Below, in pieces: positions 1-14,539 of a stretch of DNA of 64,000 nucleotides. Source of the stretch: Isurus oxyrinchus (taxonomy: Eukaryota); NCBI GenBank assembly GCA_026770705.1, contig JANJGN010000019.1, forward strand, positions 105,028,001 to 105,092,000, read 5' to 3'. The notes below the pieces were generated by a model. The model ran no database searches, was not told the origin of the DNA, and was given only the letters and a program-made list of their open reading frames with translations. Positions within the stretch are counted from its first letter, which is position 1; each line of letters starts with the position of its first letter. A program made the position numbers and the translations under genes.

Positions 1-1439
1 TATACATACAGTATTATTGCACAGTTGTGAAGCTTTGGGTTGTGCGATCATGCCCTTTAGAATCTGTAAAATTGTATTTAGCATTCATCTTCAGTTTCAA
101 GTGTCAAGATTTCACTATCGTTTTTGTTACTTTTTCCCAGGTCTGAAAAGTATAAACTTTTCAATTTGCTTTTCACTCATTCCAACTTTAATATCCTTGT
201 CCGCCTTTGCTGCGTCTTAGGTGATAAAGATATTTTCGAAACGACTTGTAGCAGCTCAGGCACACTTTTAATGTGGCGGCTGTAATTTCCATTTTGTTCT
301 ATTTTATTTGATTTTATTTAATTGAGCTTTGATTTTCACTTTTTAGGTAAAAGTATTGACCTTTAACCACAAAGATGTAGTATGTTTACAGATTGATTTA
401 AATCAGTTCATAATCAATCCGTTTTTGAGAAGCAGGTTCAAATATATTATTGACAAATTCCCATTATACACCACCAACTCCTAAATTACTGTGTTTTTGC
501 CTTTTACAATCAAGAATAAAGTGTACATGCAAACTGCAACTGCTGGAAGGTATTAGCTGTATTACCCTCAGCACAGATATATATGAGCATGATTCTGTGC
601 ACCGTGGGTAAGACATGAGCAACCCAGTATTTTGGAAATGCATTCCTAAATTAGCTGCTTGTAATTCTAATTCCCTGCTCCCACATTGTGCGTACATTCA
701 TCCATGAACTTCCTGATAAAAGGCACAGAATTGGGCACTTCTCTGTCTTTCTAAGCTATGCAGGGCTTTTTACAAGTATCCTTTCCACAGTTTCCCATCA
801 AAGTAACGTGCGTCTAAATCCAAAATACCTTTTAGTGCCATTTCTTTCATTCTGAAAATCGTTTTTGCTTACTGCTCCTTTAAACATAAACTTGCTTTGC
901 ATTTTCCAATCACCGTTTATCTTTAACCAGCCTCTGTTTCACATGTGGGAAATTCTGTGGAACTCAGTTGAATGGAGCATGGTGAAAGCACCAGGATAGT
1001 ATTGGTGCTAAAATAGATCACACAAAATGTTAAATAACTGCACACACTGACATTGTGTAAATTAATTTTACTTATCTTTAAATGTGCGCATACTGCATGC
1101 ACTGACACAATCTCATGTATATATTGAATAATTTTTTAACAATTTATTTAGTAAACTTTGCATTTTAAAATCTCCAGATGTTTAGTCTGTAGCTGCAGCA
1201 TGCCAATTATACATCAATGTGATTTCTTGATATTGCACTCACCTGCAATTTTAACCACACATGGATTTACTTACAACTGTCAGAGTATAAATCTGCTATT
1301 CATGCAATATCTGTACATTTGTTTCTCTTTTTCTGCCAATTATCTCTGCTCCCCTCCTCTACTGAAGTCATTGAATCCTTGCAAGGTTATGGTTTCATTG
1401 ACTCTAGAAACCCTCTGGCACCTCACCTAAATAGTACTT

Positions 1440-1720
1440 CTTCATATGCATGCCCAGGTACAGCATAATGGTGGGCATCAGAGCTGAGACCATTTCTGTC
1501 ATCCTCAAAGTCCATTTTTAGGCATTGCCAACCAAGGTCGCTCGTTGGAGATCAGACACTCAAACCCTAGACGACTCTTCTTCTTTCCTCACCTAACACA
1601 CACATTTTTGCAGTAAGGGTGGCTGATTATCACTGGCCAGAGATAAAATCTGGGGTTCTTTCAGAACTGGGTGGCTCAGTGCGTAACTATCTTAACCAGC
1701 TGAGCTATTGGGGGAACAAA
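1440..1720 (-). mobile_element. Old SINE-like repeat, antisense
   Basis: Reverse tRNA-like head ttaaccagctgagcta at about 1692-1707; core similar to about 50930-51010. Confidence 0.45.
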
Positions 1721-4700
1721 ATCTTCAATATTTAGTGAAGCGTTAATTACTTTTGCGTTCTGTTCTGCACCATGTATCCTTAGTTAGGAAGATGAGAGGT
1801 TTTGTGGGATACTGACTCAGCCATTACCATTCTCAGTGCTTCACCATGAATAGCTGGCAGTTTCTACGATTCAGGTGGACTGCACCAAGAACGAAGCAAT
1901 GTTTTCCCTTTGATTAAATAAATTGCTGATTTATGTAGCGCCCCATCTAGTGGTCTGCCTAAAGAGTAACAGAATCACCCAACAAAGGTAGAGTTCAAAT
2001 AGTAGTGAGCCCTGATATGAACTTATAACCTTTTGATTGGACTTCAAATACTTACTGGGTGGTGCTGTTATTGAAACACCAATTTATATTCAGTTGCATA
2101 GGGTCACAATGTAGTTTAAAACAATATACAACGTGAACCTAGGCATCACAACATATTTCAAATACTGGAGAACTGCTAAATAAAATTAATTCTTAAACTT
2201 TTTCTAGAAATGCAACCTCTACCTGTGGAGAGGAAAAAGTAGGTCTTAATCTAATTTGGGTAATCTATCAGGTATCTTGCTTGTCACTTTGCAATTTATC
2301 AGAGCAAGGAAAAATAAGGAGTAAAATTGCAATTTGTTGACATCCTTCATGTGCATACTCAAATCACATGAAATCTTTTTGTAATCTAATCAGAAATTTG
2401 TTTTTCACTATAAGTGGAGCTTTGAAAAACCCGGTTTCAATAACTTTATCCTTCTGGCAAAGTTGCTAATTGTTAGTACTAAAACTGTTGTAAACAGTGA
2501 AAAACCGATGAAAATCTCTGTGAGATATAAATGATGATCATTCACATGTTGACACACTTAATTTGTTTTGCATGAAATCATCTGTTGCATGGTAGCATTC
2601 CTTTGAAAGTTTGCCAGCGCATATTCTTCCCAAGTTACTTACTCTCTTGACAGAGATACCACTAGTATAGATAGAAATAGCAAACTTACTCGGCTGTTCT
2701 GTTGATTGTGAAATGACAGAATGGAAGAAAAATACTTGCCGAGCCACGTTTAGGGAAACCATGTTGCTTTGGCTATTAATGTCCTATGGCAGCAGCTGCC
2801 TATATTGTGTTGGAATTGGAGCTAGCTCTAGTTTTAAGCAGTGGGAGTTCAGTTTAGGCTATGCTGAAACCATTGCTGCTGCTCCACGCTGTAGACAGAA
2901 GTGAAGCAAATGGTTTTTCCCTGAGCTTTTTAACTGTGAAAGTAATATTTTTCTCTGCCTAGCTTGATCATGAGTTCCACACTATTCACCTCATGAATAC
3001 TTATTATAGCACTGATAAATAGGTGACAAATAATTAATCACTTGTAAAGGGAGGTTTATGGCATAGATATGGACAGTGTTACTTGTGAAAAAAAAGGACA
3101 TAGGTAAATAATTTTGTATCTCTATTTCAATTCCTGTGCCTGTTAAAGGATACTAATGTCAAATAGTTTAGGGTGAATGCAGTGCAAGTGAATGGAATGA
3201 ATAGTCCAAAGCAGAATTTGTAATAACGTAGTTTAACTTTTCTAACGCACAAGTCCAAGCCAATCCGGTTGTAGTTCAGTTTTGTTGCTATAGTTTTGAG
3301 TCAGGTAAAACAGGTTTGCATTCAAGGGCTGAAGCAGAAATATTTAACAGTCAGCAGGTAGTGCTCTGTAGGAGGGAAGCTGCATGTTCTGGAGACCATT
3401 TTTAAGTACAATTTTTAAGTAAAGTTCCCCATTTTATACTTTATTGGGGGGGGGGGGTGTGGTGTATGATATAAGGGATATGTCAAAAAAAGAAATAATC
3501 CCACGAATTTCTTTTCATTTAAAACGCTCCAAGTTAGATTTATTCATAGCTTTTTAAACATTCTTTAAACCGCTGATACTAACAATGGCAAAAGTAAAGT
3601 GCTTATTGGGCAGAGAGAGCATTGCTATTTATTGTTGCACATTGTTTCAATCAGAATGGATTTATACAGTAAAACTTTTACCTGCCTGGCTCTTGAACTA
3701 TTAGAAGGTTAAATTAGGATAAAGTAGTTGAACAGAGTTTTAAAGGAATACAGATCAGTAGACTTGAGTTTGAATCACTGCTGATTTTTGCCATACTGTT
3801 TTGATAGCATTTTAAATAATGAAAGCAGCTGAGGAAAGAATTGTTACTTACTAATAACAGCCCTACCCATCCCCCAAAATAAAATAAAGACTGGATAATA
3901 AATGGCTGGCACAGTGACATAAGGTAGTAATTCTATCGCATAGTTATGATGACGTCATAAACGCCAGAGCAAAGTTTGAACAGTTCATGAGTATTAGGAG
4001 AAGCCCAAGATTGAATTACTGTCTTAAAGTCATTGCCAGCTAATCCTTCTTTGTAATATATTGTGCATATCTAAGTTCACTTTTAACCTTCCTTACCATT
4101 ATTAATGGTTTTATTAAGCACTGCACAGGCATCATGTTTTAAGTAAAAAGGCAATATAGATAATACTCATAAGCTTGAATGTATATGCCATATGTGATAG
4201 TACTTTTGCACTGTGCTACCAATATTTTATTGGCTGGAGATTAAAGTTAGGGGCAAGTTGCTAATACGCACTATGTGCATTATACTGATTCACTGTCAAA
4301 TAATTCGCATGAGATTGGAAATGATTTAGAGACTGATGTTTTTTCTTTTGCCAGTTTCTGCACATCTACAGTTGCTTCACAGTTAAATATTTGAAGGAAA
4401 ACACTATACAATGCATAGTCTTGCTTTATGGTTTAGGAACTAATTTCTTTTTATTTGCATTTTGAACTTGATATTATTTTGGAAAGATTGCCAGCAGTGA
4501 ATAAAAGAGATCACTGGCTGCTTTCTGCAGGTTGGACATGAATATGTTACATTGTACGGTTAAACATGAGATTAATATTTTTCTAATGTAGCTTATTACT
4601 TTGAATTGCTCAGTTGCTTGATAAGAGCAGTGTGCTTTCCAAACATAATGCCAAATAAGAATTTATCAAATATGTAGCTTAAATTGTCAGACAGAATTCC

Positions 4701-7063
4701 TGATTGTACTATATCAGTATTAGAAAGGAAAGATATATTGGAAAGTGTAGGCTCAAATACCACAGTAAAGGAAACAGTCTGATAAAATGTGGATGAGTCT
4801 GGTTCTGCCCCATTAGAAAAATTGGCAAATGATGTCGACATCATATATTGACAGAAATAGTTATATTTTTTCTGAAAGTGCAGCAGGTTTCAGTCTTTAT
4901 GATTCTCACTGAGATGGATACACTGTACCTGACAAAAGCCCGGCAGAAGAGTTTTTTTTAAAAATTTGCCCTGAGACCTTGTCCCTCCACTCTCTCTCTC
5001 CCTCACTCTCTTTCTCCCTCCCCCTCCCTGCCTTGCCTCCTCTCTTTCCCTCTCTCATTTATCCTCCCCTTTCTTTCTCATTTTTGCTTCAGCAAAATTC
5101 AGTGACAGTGCTAAACCAATTTCGGGTTTTGAAGAGAAAAAGCAGTGGCAAAATTGTATTTGCCATGGAAGATAGCTTGTGTAAATGAGAGAGACTGTAC
5201 AGTGGCAAAGTGTTCTCCTGTGGCCCAGCTAGTACAAGCTTTGTCCATATTGTCTCCTGCTTTTATATTAATTACAACTTGCATTATCAGCTGTGAGTCT
5301 GTAGACCAGCAAATAGAAAATACTGCCCCTGGAGACCTAGCTTCTTGTATCTATTTTTGTGCTCCTATTATTGTGCTGCATTCACTCTTTGGCAAGGCTT
5401 TCTCTCCTTAACTCTGCTTTTTAACTCAATTAGGAATGAGTTGGGGGTGCAATTCTTGTCTACTATTTGTTAATGCTGCGAATTACTACATGTGAACTGT
5501 ACACCCTTAGATTCTATGTTGCACATAGTATCAAGGCAACTATTACTACCGTGTATTAAAGCAAAAAGGAACGAGTGCTGATTGATGGTAAGAATACAGC
5601 TCGTACTGATGAGTGGAGTTACCTATTCTGAAATGAGAATTTCTCGTTATAAGAAAAGGTAGAACTCTGTTTTTCTTCCCTTGCATCCAGTAACCTAATC
5701 AAGGAAAAGAACTATATTAATAACAAAAAAAAAATGATTTGCTGACATTTGCCATGAAACATGGAAGAGGTGTTACTAGGTAATTAATGTAAATTGTATA
5801 TCTGCAGAGGGGAGCTATTGCAATGGATAACTTAAAAGAGCTTGCAGTGCATAAAATTAACGACACTTTGTGTGTCCTTTAAACCATCATCTAGGTAAAC
5901 GTGTTGCATTTGTCTTGTTTCTATAGGAAGGTTCTAGCTCTGTGTTGTTACTGGACAAATTTCACGCAGAGCTATTGTTTCTCCTCTTTTTCATTTAATT
6001 CTTTTAGCTCTTTATCTGATTACCATCCGGCAAACAGCTGACGCTAAGAGGCTGCAGTGGGCTGAAGAGCCTCTGCTTACTGTTTGCCTTCAGCTTGAAG
6101 CTATTTGAGTGGTTTCCCAGCTTAGAGATAAAAAGGGACACTCGTAGGCAGCAACCCAGAACCCAGGCAGAGATTGCTGCATCTCTGAATTGCGGTGGCT
6201 CTGCTATTATTTTAAAGTCTGTACTAATTTGTTGCTGTGGTAGAGGTGTTCTGTGTCTAGTCAACATTCATCTTTAGCAAACTCATCTGGTTTATATTTC
6301 TACAATCGACTGCACAATGGTAAAACTGTTGATTGGTGTAAATTTATCTGTTCTGTTCCTGTACTTGGTTTGGTGTTCTTAATACCTCTAACAGTGTCTT
6401 GCTTTTTTTTTTGAAAGTTAAATTTTTTTTTATAGTTTGAATTGTTTTGCTGATTTTATTTTAATCTTCCAATCCAATATTGTTATTAGCTGACACAGTT
6501 CTACACATTTGGATGCCTCACAAGCCAAGCTGTCTGTTTGGCAGTGGTGATAGCATGCAGGTGTCGAGAATTACAAATCTAGCCCAAAGGCTGATCTGTT
6601 TCACGTGTCCCTTTTCTCTTTTTTGCTCTGTGAGAGGAAATTCCATCTCTTCCCTGCCTTCATGTGGTGCTGATAAAGCCTTTCCTGTACAGTAGAAATC
6701 CTGTTTTCCTTTAAGTAGCAGCAGAGTATTGGGAACAATCAGGAAAGGGGAGGGGAACCAGGAGGAGAAAACATTCTGCATTGTAGCCATAAGCTGTAAC
6801 TTTCAGTCCTATGCATTTATCCATTTGACAACAAACTTTATAACTTCCTTTCTCAAAGGAGAAAAGAACGGCAGTAAAACAAGGAAAAATAAATAATGTA
6901 TGTGCCTTCACCGGAGACACTAATACTGCTCACGTCTTTTAATTTGGCAGTACGGTTAATTTTTATAACAAAAAAAGATTGTCACGTAGAGACTGGGCCT
7001 TAAAGTCCGGTCTAACTTTCAGCACAGGACTCTTCATAATATTGTTGAAACAACTGTTGCTAA

Positions 7064-7429
<366 letters not shown>

Positions 7430-10400
7430 TAAAGCAAGCACCAGTTTCACGGGGGGGGGGGGGGTGGGCGTGTAATCACAGAAGAGCTGTCAGTGAAAAC
7501 AACTCCTTAAAAAAGCCAGTGATGTTAAGTTGCACAAAGAAAATGTTATCGTATTTAATATGAATGCAGCAGTAATCGGTTACGTAACAAGTGGTGCTAC
7601 AGACTTTTGCCTTTTAACGTGAATAATGTTTTTTCTGAACCATAAACCCAGTACACTTGGGTGACAGAAGTCACAGTGTATTATATATTTTGTGACATTT
7701 ATCCATTTTGCAGAGCAGTCCAGTTTGCTTTTGCTCTGCGTGTACTGATTACAGTTTGTTACATGAATTACTGTGGTGTTAGGATAATACCATTGTGATG
7801 CTGAAACTAATGAATGCTGTACAACGGTCCCACCATTATAAAGTAAAACCACGGTTTTAATTGAATTCAGTTTGAAAGCCGGGATAAAAACAATTCCCAT
7901 TGTGTTGGTATTTATGGGTGCTATACATCTGTTTTCTCTGTCATTTCTGAAGATCCTGAAAACCTAATCTTTGAGAAGTATTGATTATTTTACATGCATA
8001 AGTTCAAGTGACCTGCAATCTGCTGAGCACTTATTGACTGTCTTCTGGGCTGAGTGCAGTGCTTTTCATAGATGCCACAGATCATATTTTAACATGGAAA
8101 GCTAGTGAATGTCACTTATCGAAGACAGAGTGTATTTTTTTAAAGTTAATTGCAGTTTTTTTAATAGGTTAAAAAATGATGGCGACAACAGAGAGTGGGG
8201 CTGATTAAATAGTGAAAGGAGGCCATCCTCCACAGAGCTGTTTTGTGCGAGCCTCGGGTTTGACCTTCTGCTTTGCTCAGGAGCCTGATGCTTCATTTTT
8301 CACATTCTTGCAATTATGTTAACGCTTGAAGCATTTTGACTCCAAGTCTGCCTGCAACACCAGGCATAACTCAACACTGTGAGTTTTTACCCTTATGCAG
8401 TTTCATTAACAGGTCGCTTGGGTCCCAGCTGAAATTCAAAACTGTCTGGTTGCAGTGGGTTTGTTGAGTTATGGCAGCAAGATACAGGCTGGACCATAGT
8501 GGAGATAGCCCATGGCAGGGTGCAGGATTGGGGAGGGGTGGTGGGCGGGGGTGGTGGTGTGTGGAAATGGTAGTTTACTGTGTACATGTGTCTATGTCTG
8601 TGTGCGTGTGTATGTGTAATCAATTGCTCATGTTCAGAGGTGTTCAGCTTTAAAAATCATGATATTTCCTCACAACTCTCCTCTTAAATAAACAACATTT
8701 CTTTTACAAAGTTTATTTTGTGAGGCAAAGTCAACATCAGGGTTTTATGCCTATTTGAAGAATACCTTAAACATGGAACACTCCTATTATCAATGGGTTT
8801 CAGAGATAAAAGAATTTATGGCAGCTTAAAAACAGGAATAGCTTTCAAAAGTATTGCATGTGTACTTTGAGTGTCAAAGCAAAAACAAAAATTTTGGACC
8901 AATGTTGAGTCAATTGTTATGAATTTATTGTGAATCACTCTAACCATACTGGATTCAAATGTAAACAAGTCTTATAAAAGCTTGTCAAAGTTTGTAGTAA
9001 TCACTCGGATTCCCGTGACTTTTATTTCACAGAATGCAGTTTGCATATTATGAGCTTGAAGGCAAAAAGTGGCACACAGATTGAGTGACAAACAGTTATC
9101 AAGTTCAAGATAGGAGGCTTAAAAAGAAGTCAAAAGGAACCAATTTGAAATCTAAAAAAGTTATACATTTAGTGTTGGCTTTATACTCCTCTACACGTGG
9201 GGGTTTCTGTACAGAGATGTGTGGAATAATACATGGGCTACCGTTTCATATTATTTTCAAAACATTTTTTTAATGCAACGCATAAATCACATTATTCCCA
9301 CAAGGCGTTTGCAGTATCATGAGGCTCCTGCATTGTGCACCTTCATTCAAAGTTAGATACAGTGTAAAATTCATGAAACCCACATTGAACGTGCATTACA
9401 TTTTAGCATTATAAAACAATGACATGGCTTCTGTGTACATGATTCACATCTGTTTACTCTATCATTTCTCTTCCCTGAGACATTAAACGCTCTCTGTGTA
9501 AAGTTTAATGATAAAGGTAGTAATGAACAGGAGAGCAAGCCTGATATCAAAGACTTAGGCAAAAAAAATTGAATTGTACATTCTTTTTCCACATGCTAAC
9601 CCCTACCCCTCTTGCACCCATCAGATAAACTTGACCATTTCCATTAAAAATTATACATCTTACTTAATTTAGGTACACTTTTTACTTCACGATTCATAAA
9701 CTTTTAATGTAAAAATTGGGGAGTAAAGAATGATGTTTTTCCTTAAATGTTTTCAACAGCTCGATTGCTGTGTTTACTTCCAGCTAACTCTTCCCCTGCC
9801 AAGTTCACAAATGCGTTCTTCCACTCTCACCCTAGCCCCTCAATTCAGTCACATTTTGCCTTTCCAGTGGACATAGGCACTCTCTCCTTCAAACCACCCC
9901 CACCCCCCCCACCAACCACCTCATCCCCACATCCTTCTCACTCTCGGATCCTGGTCCTGCACAAAAAGGTTGCAGTTCCCTCGTGACACTGGCTGTGGGG
10001 TATGGAAATTCCAGATTGGCTGCAGAATCAACAAAAATGATTGCTAAAGTCAAGATTTCTTGCCCACAGCATGTGCCACAGAGTTTTCTGCTGGAGCAAA
10101 GTCACATGTGAGTTGAGATGAGAGCTAGCAGTGAGAAGAGCATCAGGAAGCTGGGTTGCAACAATCTCTCAGTTAGGTTTCATGGATCAGTTATTGCAGC
10201 TGGTGAAGCAGGTGAAGAGTGCGCAGATTTGCATGCAGTACATATACTTGTCTATCCCACCAACTGGTAGGAAACATGTTCCAAGTTGTCTTCTGTTTTT
10301 ACCTCCACTTGGAGTCTTGCCCCCAACCCCCGTAAGGCATTCTACACAAATTAGTGGAAGAGTTTGCTTAAATTCTCATTTAAGGCATGTTGTGAGAAGC

Positions 10401-11479
10401 TAACTGAAGTACATGGTGCTGGGAGGGGGGAAAAGAAGCAAAAATAGATTTATTGGATTCCTGCCTCACTCTGCTTTTAGGTGTCAACAGGGTAGCAACA
10501 TTGTGACTTTTTTTTAGAACAACACTGCCAATGCACCACTGGAGATCCACCTGTCCAAATTTTTGGTGGCCCTCGATTAAGGGAGTCAGCCTTGCAGCTC
10601 CCTCTAACTCGGTACCTGTAGAAAATAGGGTGATGATTTCTGTGCTGATGCTTTGTGAGCAAGTGACTGTGCCTCCTCGAGGATTCTCCACCTCATCTGC
10701 TGCAAGGCCCGAGGTGCCTAATGGACTTTGTGAAAAGGGATATGGAACAATGAATGACAGGTCATGAAAAATGTAAGCAGTAGCAGAGGAATGACAGTGC
10801 TGACTGAGTGGGCAAGAGAATCAAGTATAAAGGGAGAAGAAAGAGAACACACTTTCTTTAAGACCACCGGCCTTGCCATATCCAATGCTGCATGTTCCAT
10901 CTTTCTGCAAATTACTAGACCAAAATGTTGTAAACATTGGAATGAATTACCTTGAAAACTCATTAAATATTGGAACAGAACAGTACTCTCCCCCCACCCC
11001 CTCCACCAAAACGGTGAATATCCCATTGATAGTGTTGGATATACTTTAATAACTGTAGTTCCCTTTTCAAGTGCTTCAAATGAATATTGATAACTACGTT
11101 GATGCAACCGTCAATGACATACAAATAGTCAATAAATAGTTATCTGAAATCGACTGAATGGAACACTGCCAGTGCCTTTAACATTGCAGTGATTTCAGGT
11201 GCATTATAACACCTGACACGTATCTCTGTTTCAGTTTCTTGTGATAAACAGTCTGTTCCCATCAAGACATTCATGTAAAATAAGTAAGGGTAACTCCAAA
11301 CAAAAACCAATTTCCTGTAGGATTGCTTGCCACACCTGATAGCAAGAGATTCCCAATAACATCTGTGTAATAGGTCCATTACGTGAGAGGTTAATTGTCC
11401 TTTGAAATGTGGTAACCGTTGTTCTTTGCAAATAGGTGACTCTATTCACACGGATTCATGTCCTGTGCGTTTTTTTTCT

Positions 11480-11818
11480 GATTTGTTCACGGGATGTGGG
11501 TGTCACTGGTTAGGTCAGCTTTTATTGCCATTCCCTGATTGCCCTTGAGAAGGTGGTGGTGAGCTGCCTTCTTGAACCGCTGCAGTCCCTGTGGTGTAGG
11601 TAAACCCACAGTGCTGTTAGGGAGGGAGTTCCAGAATTTTGACCCAGCAACAGTGAAGGAACGGCCGATATATTTCCAAGTCAGGATGGTGAGTGGCTTG
11701 GAGAGAAACCTCCAGGTGGTGATGTTCCCATGTGTCTACTGCCCTTGTCCTTCTCGATGGTAGTGGTTGTGGGTTTGGAAGGTGCTGTCTAAGGAGCCTT
11801 GATGAGTTCCTGCAGTTC
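11480..11818 (-). mobile_element. LINE (CR1/L2 group) 3' end fragment
   Basis: gggatgtgggtgtcactgg...gcccttgagaaggtggtggtgagctgccttcttgaaccgctgcagtcc is a LINE 3' end that I recognise as abundant in sharks; its tail is shared with the SINE at 46841-47203. Confidence 0.75.
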
Positions 11819-14539
11819 AGTTGCTCACCTTCCATTCAAGGCTAAAACTATGTGTAACAGGTTGGTTGTACCTGGGGATATAATCATTGCTTTGCACTAA
11901 AGTCAAATCCTATATAGGCAGAGAAATATCTACCAGGGATTAAAAAGTCATTCATGATCTCATTCCATTATAAATTCCCTTTTCTAAATATGGGCAGGTG
12001 TAGATGATCAGATATGCATGCATTCTGAATCTATATTAATCTTCAGGAAAAACATCTTTAAGTACTTATCTCTAATTAAAAATTATTCCCCAGGAGCTGG
12101 TGTAATCTGCAACTATCTTTTGATTATTGCATGATCTACTAAGAGCAATAAGTTATTCAGACTGAAGGAAAATTTCTTGAGGAATATTAAAAATGGTGTT
12201 TGAACATAAACACATGTCATACATCATTACAGATGCAAAACAGTCCTAAAATGTTGGACACTTCTGAACTCCAACCGAAAACTGGCAAGCGTAGTCTGGA
12301 AAATTTTCTGACCAAATAGCAGTTGAACTGTGTTTATTCATAAAAAGCCACCTTCAACACAGATCCACTTTAGCAAGCAGAATATTACATTCTGAATTTC
12401 ATGCTATAATAGCCCTGAGCATTAAAACATTTGCATTACTCAACTTAATTTGAACAATGCTATGGGTGATAAGTTAGTCTTTTTAAAAAACAGTGGCATG
12501 AATATTTTTCCACTATTAACATTATCCAGGTAACTTATTAAATAACTACAACACTCAATTGCATATTTTCAAACATCAATTTTACATGCTCTTTTAACAT
12601 AATGAGGACTTTTTAAATACATCAGATCCCATTGATTCCTTATTGTCAGTACTAGTGAAATGGAGAATAGACAAGCTTACTATAACTGCAATGTTGTGTG
12701 TACCATTTGTGGTTCTAGTGTTTGTACTTACTCAGTTATAAATGTGTTGAAGACTGGTGCAAATAACAACATTTTTTATAAACATATAGAATTACAGTAA
12801 AATATAATATTTGCAATTATTACAATGCCATAAGAGGCTCAAGATTTGGCTTGATCTGATTTACTTTGAATTTTAAAAATGAACATCACCTTTCTATACG
12901 TAATCTTACCCTTCTAATCGGTCTCCTGAGATTACCTTCTCCTTAAAAGCTTAAGGATCCCAATGTCATTGATCAGATAATGGTAAACTCATGACATTTG
13001 CCGCTGTACATTTGAAGTTATTAAACGACTATAACATGGGCACCACTGGGCCATCGAGTTTTACGTGATTGACAAGTGCTATCCAAGGAACAGCTTCTTT
13101 ATAAACTGCGAGAATCAGGAACGTCCTTTTTATAACACTGAGCCTTGTGGGTAAATCAGCATTTTTCACATTTTCATGAAACTCTTGAGCGAAAATTTTT
13201 CACGATTGGACAAACAAATTATTTGTCATTTATACCAGCTCAAATTCCAGTATAGATTCTTGAGAAATGTTAAAAAGGATCATTACAGATGCATTCTGAT
13301 AGCTTGATTTCCTTTTAGTCCATAACAGATTCATATTGCACCGAATTGCTCACTATTTTCATGTGGATCTACTAAAGCTGTTTAAATAAATTAACATTTA
13401 AGTCATAAAATCAGGAAACCTGGCTATTAAATTTAAAGTGGGTTTAAGTCAGGTTCTTTTGTTTAGAACAGGGTTCTTGAAAAAAAAATTAAAAATGATT
13501 CCTTTTTAAGTTGAGTATTTATGAACAGTAATGCTTTATATCTACGCAAACCCCACTGTGTGTATACATTTATATGTAAACACCTCAGACTTAAATTAAC
13601 TAGAGTCCCAGAGATGCACAGCACAGATATTTTAACTGCAGCCTGGTTTAGTGAAATCCTCTCATGCTTTATTTTAGTGGGTGAATGCACTACAGTGAGA
13701 GTAAAAGGTTAAATAGTTATACTGGAGCCTGGTTAGATGTTGCCCTTGCATACCAAATTCAGTCCGCCAACTTGGAATCAAGATGCCTAGCCAAAATGTA
13801 AAAATACAAAGAACTAGTTAATCATTAGCTATGCATGGGAGAACAATTGATGTTGACAGGAATGGTGTAGGATTGTTGTAAAGGGACATTTTTACAATTC
13901 ATTTTTGTTAGGCCATTTTGTACTCTTTGCAGCAATTGAGTAATCCTCATACTGAGAATTGGCAGAAATTGGTGTAAGACAGAGTCTGTCATGCGAAGAG
14001 ACGATAATCCAGCTTATCAACTATCACACATTAAAATGACCTGTCCTGTTGAAGATTCATTTTAGATGCACTAAGTATCAGGCAATAAGATTTTCTACAG
14101 TTCTAGCAGAGCTATCATTAATCCTAAATGCTGCCTCCACAGGGGAACAAAAAGTATTTTAAATTTGCTACTATTGTATAAGTTCCTACCTCATTCATGT
14201 TTTATTAATCAAACCTACAAGTCAATGAGATGGTATTTCTCTGATAACATCAAGAGGATAATGAATTAGATTGAAACCATCCACATAGTTACCTCTACTG
14301 CTGTATCCTTTTCCACTTCCCCTCTTCTCCACCTCCTAACCATTCCTCGACTCAAGTCCTAAATCCCATCACACCGCTGTCTTTTCCCATGTTGTTTCAT
14401 TCAATTCTCCCATGAGATGTGCCTCCTATCTCCTTGCTCCCCTTCCCACTCACACTCTGACTCCCACCGGATGACATAAATGCTTGGAGAAAGGAAGCAT
14501 CGCTTTAAGATTACTGTAATTCACTCCACCCTCAACCTC

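Noticed and set aside
1938-1953. CTCF-like motif (reverse CCACTAGATGGGGCGC)
   Set aside because: Deviates from the core spacing; a single imperfect match cannot be supported without a PWM score or ChIP data.
10500-10740. Possible ancient SINE or small RNA
   Set aside because: Only a vague resemblance to SINE core sequences; no clear Pol III boxes or structure.
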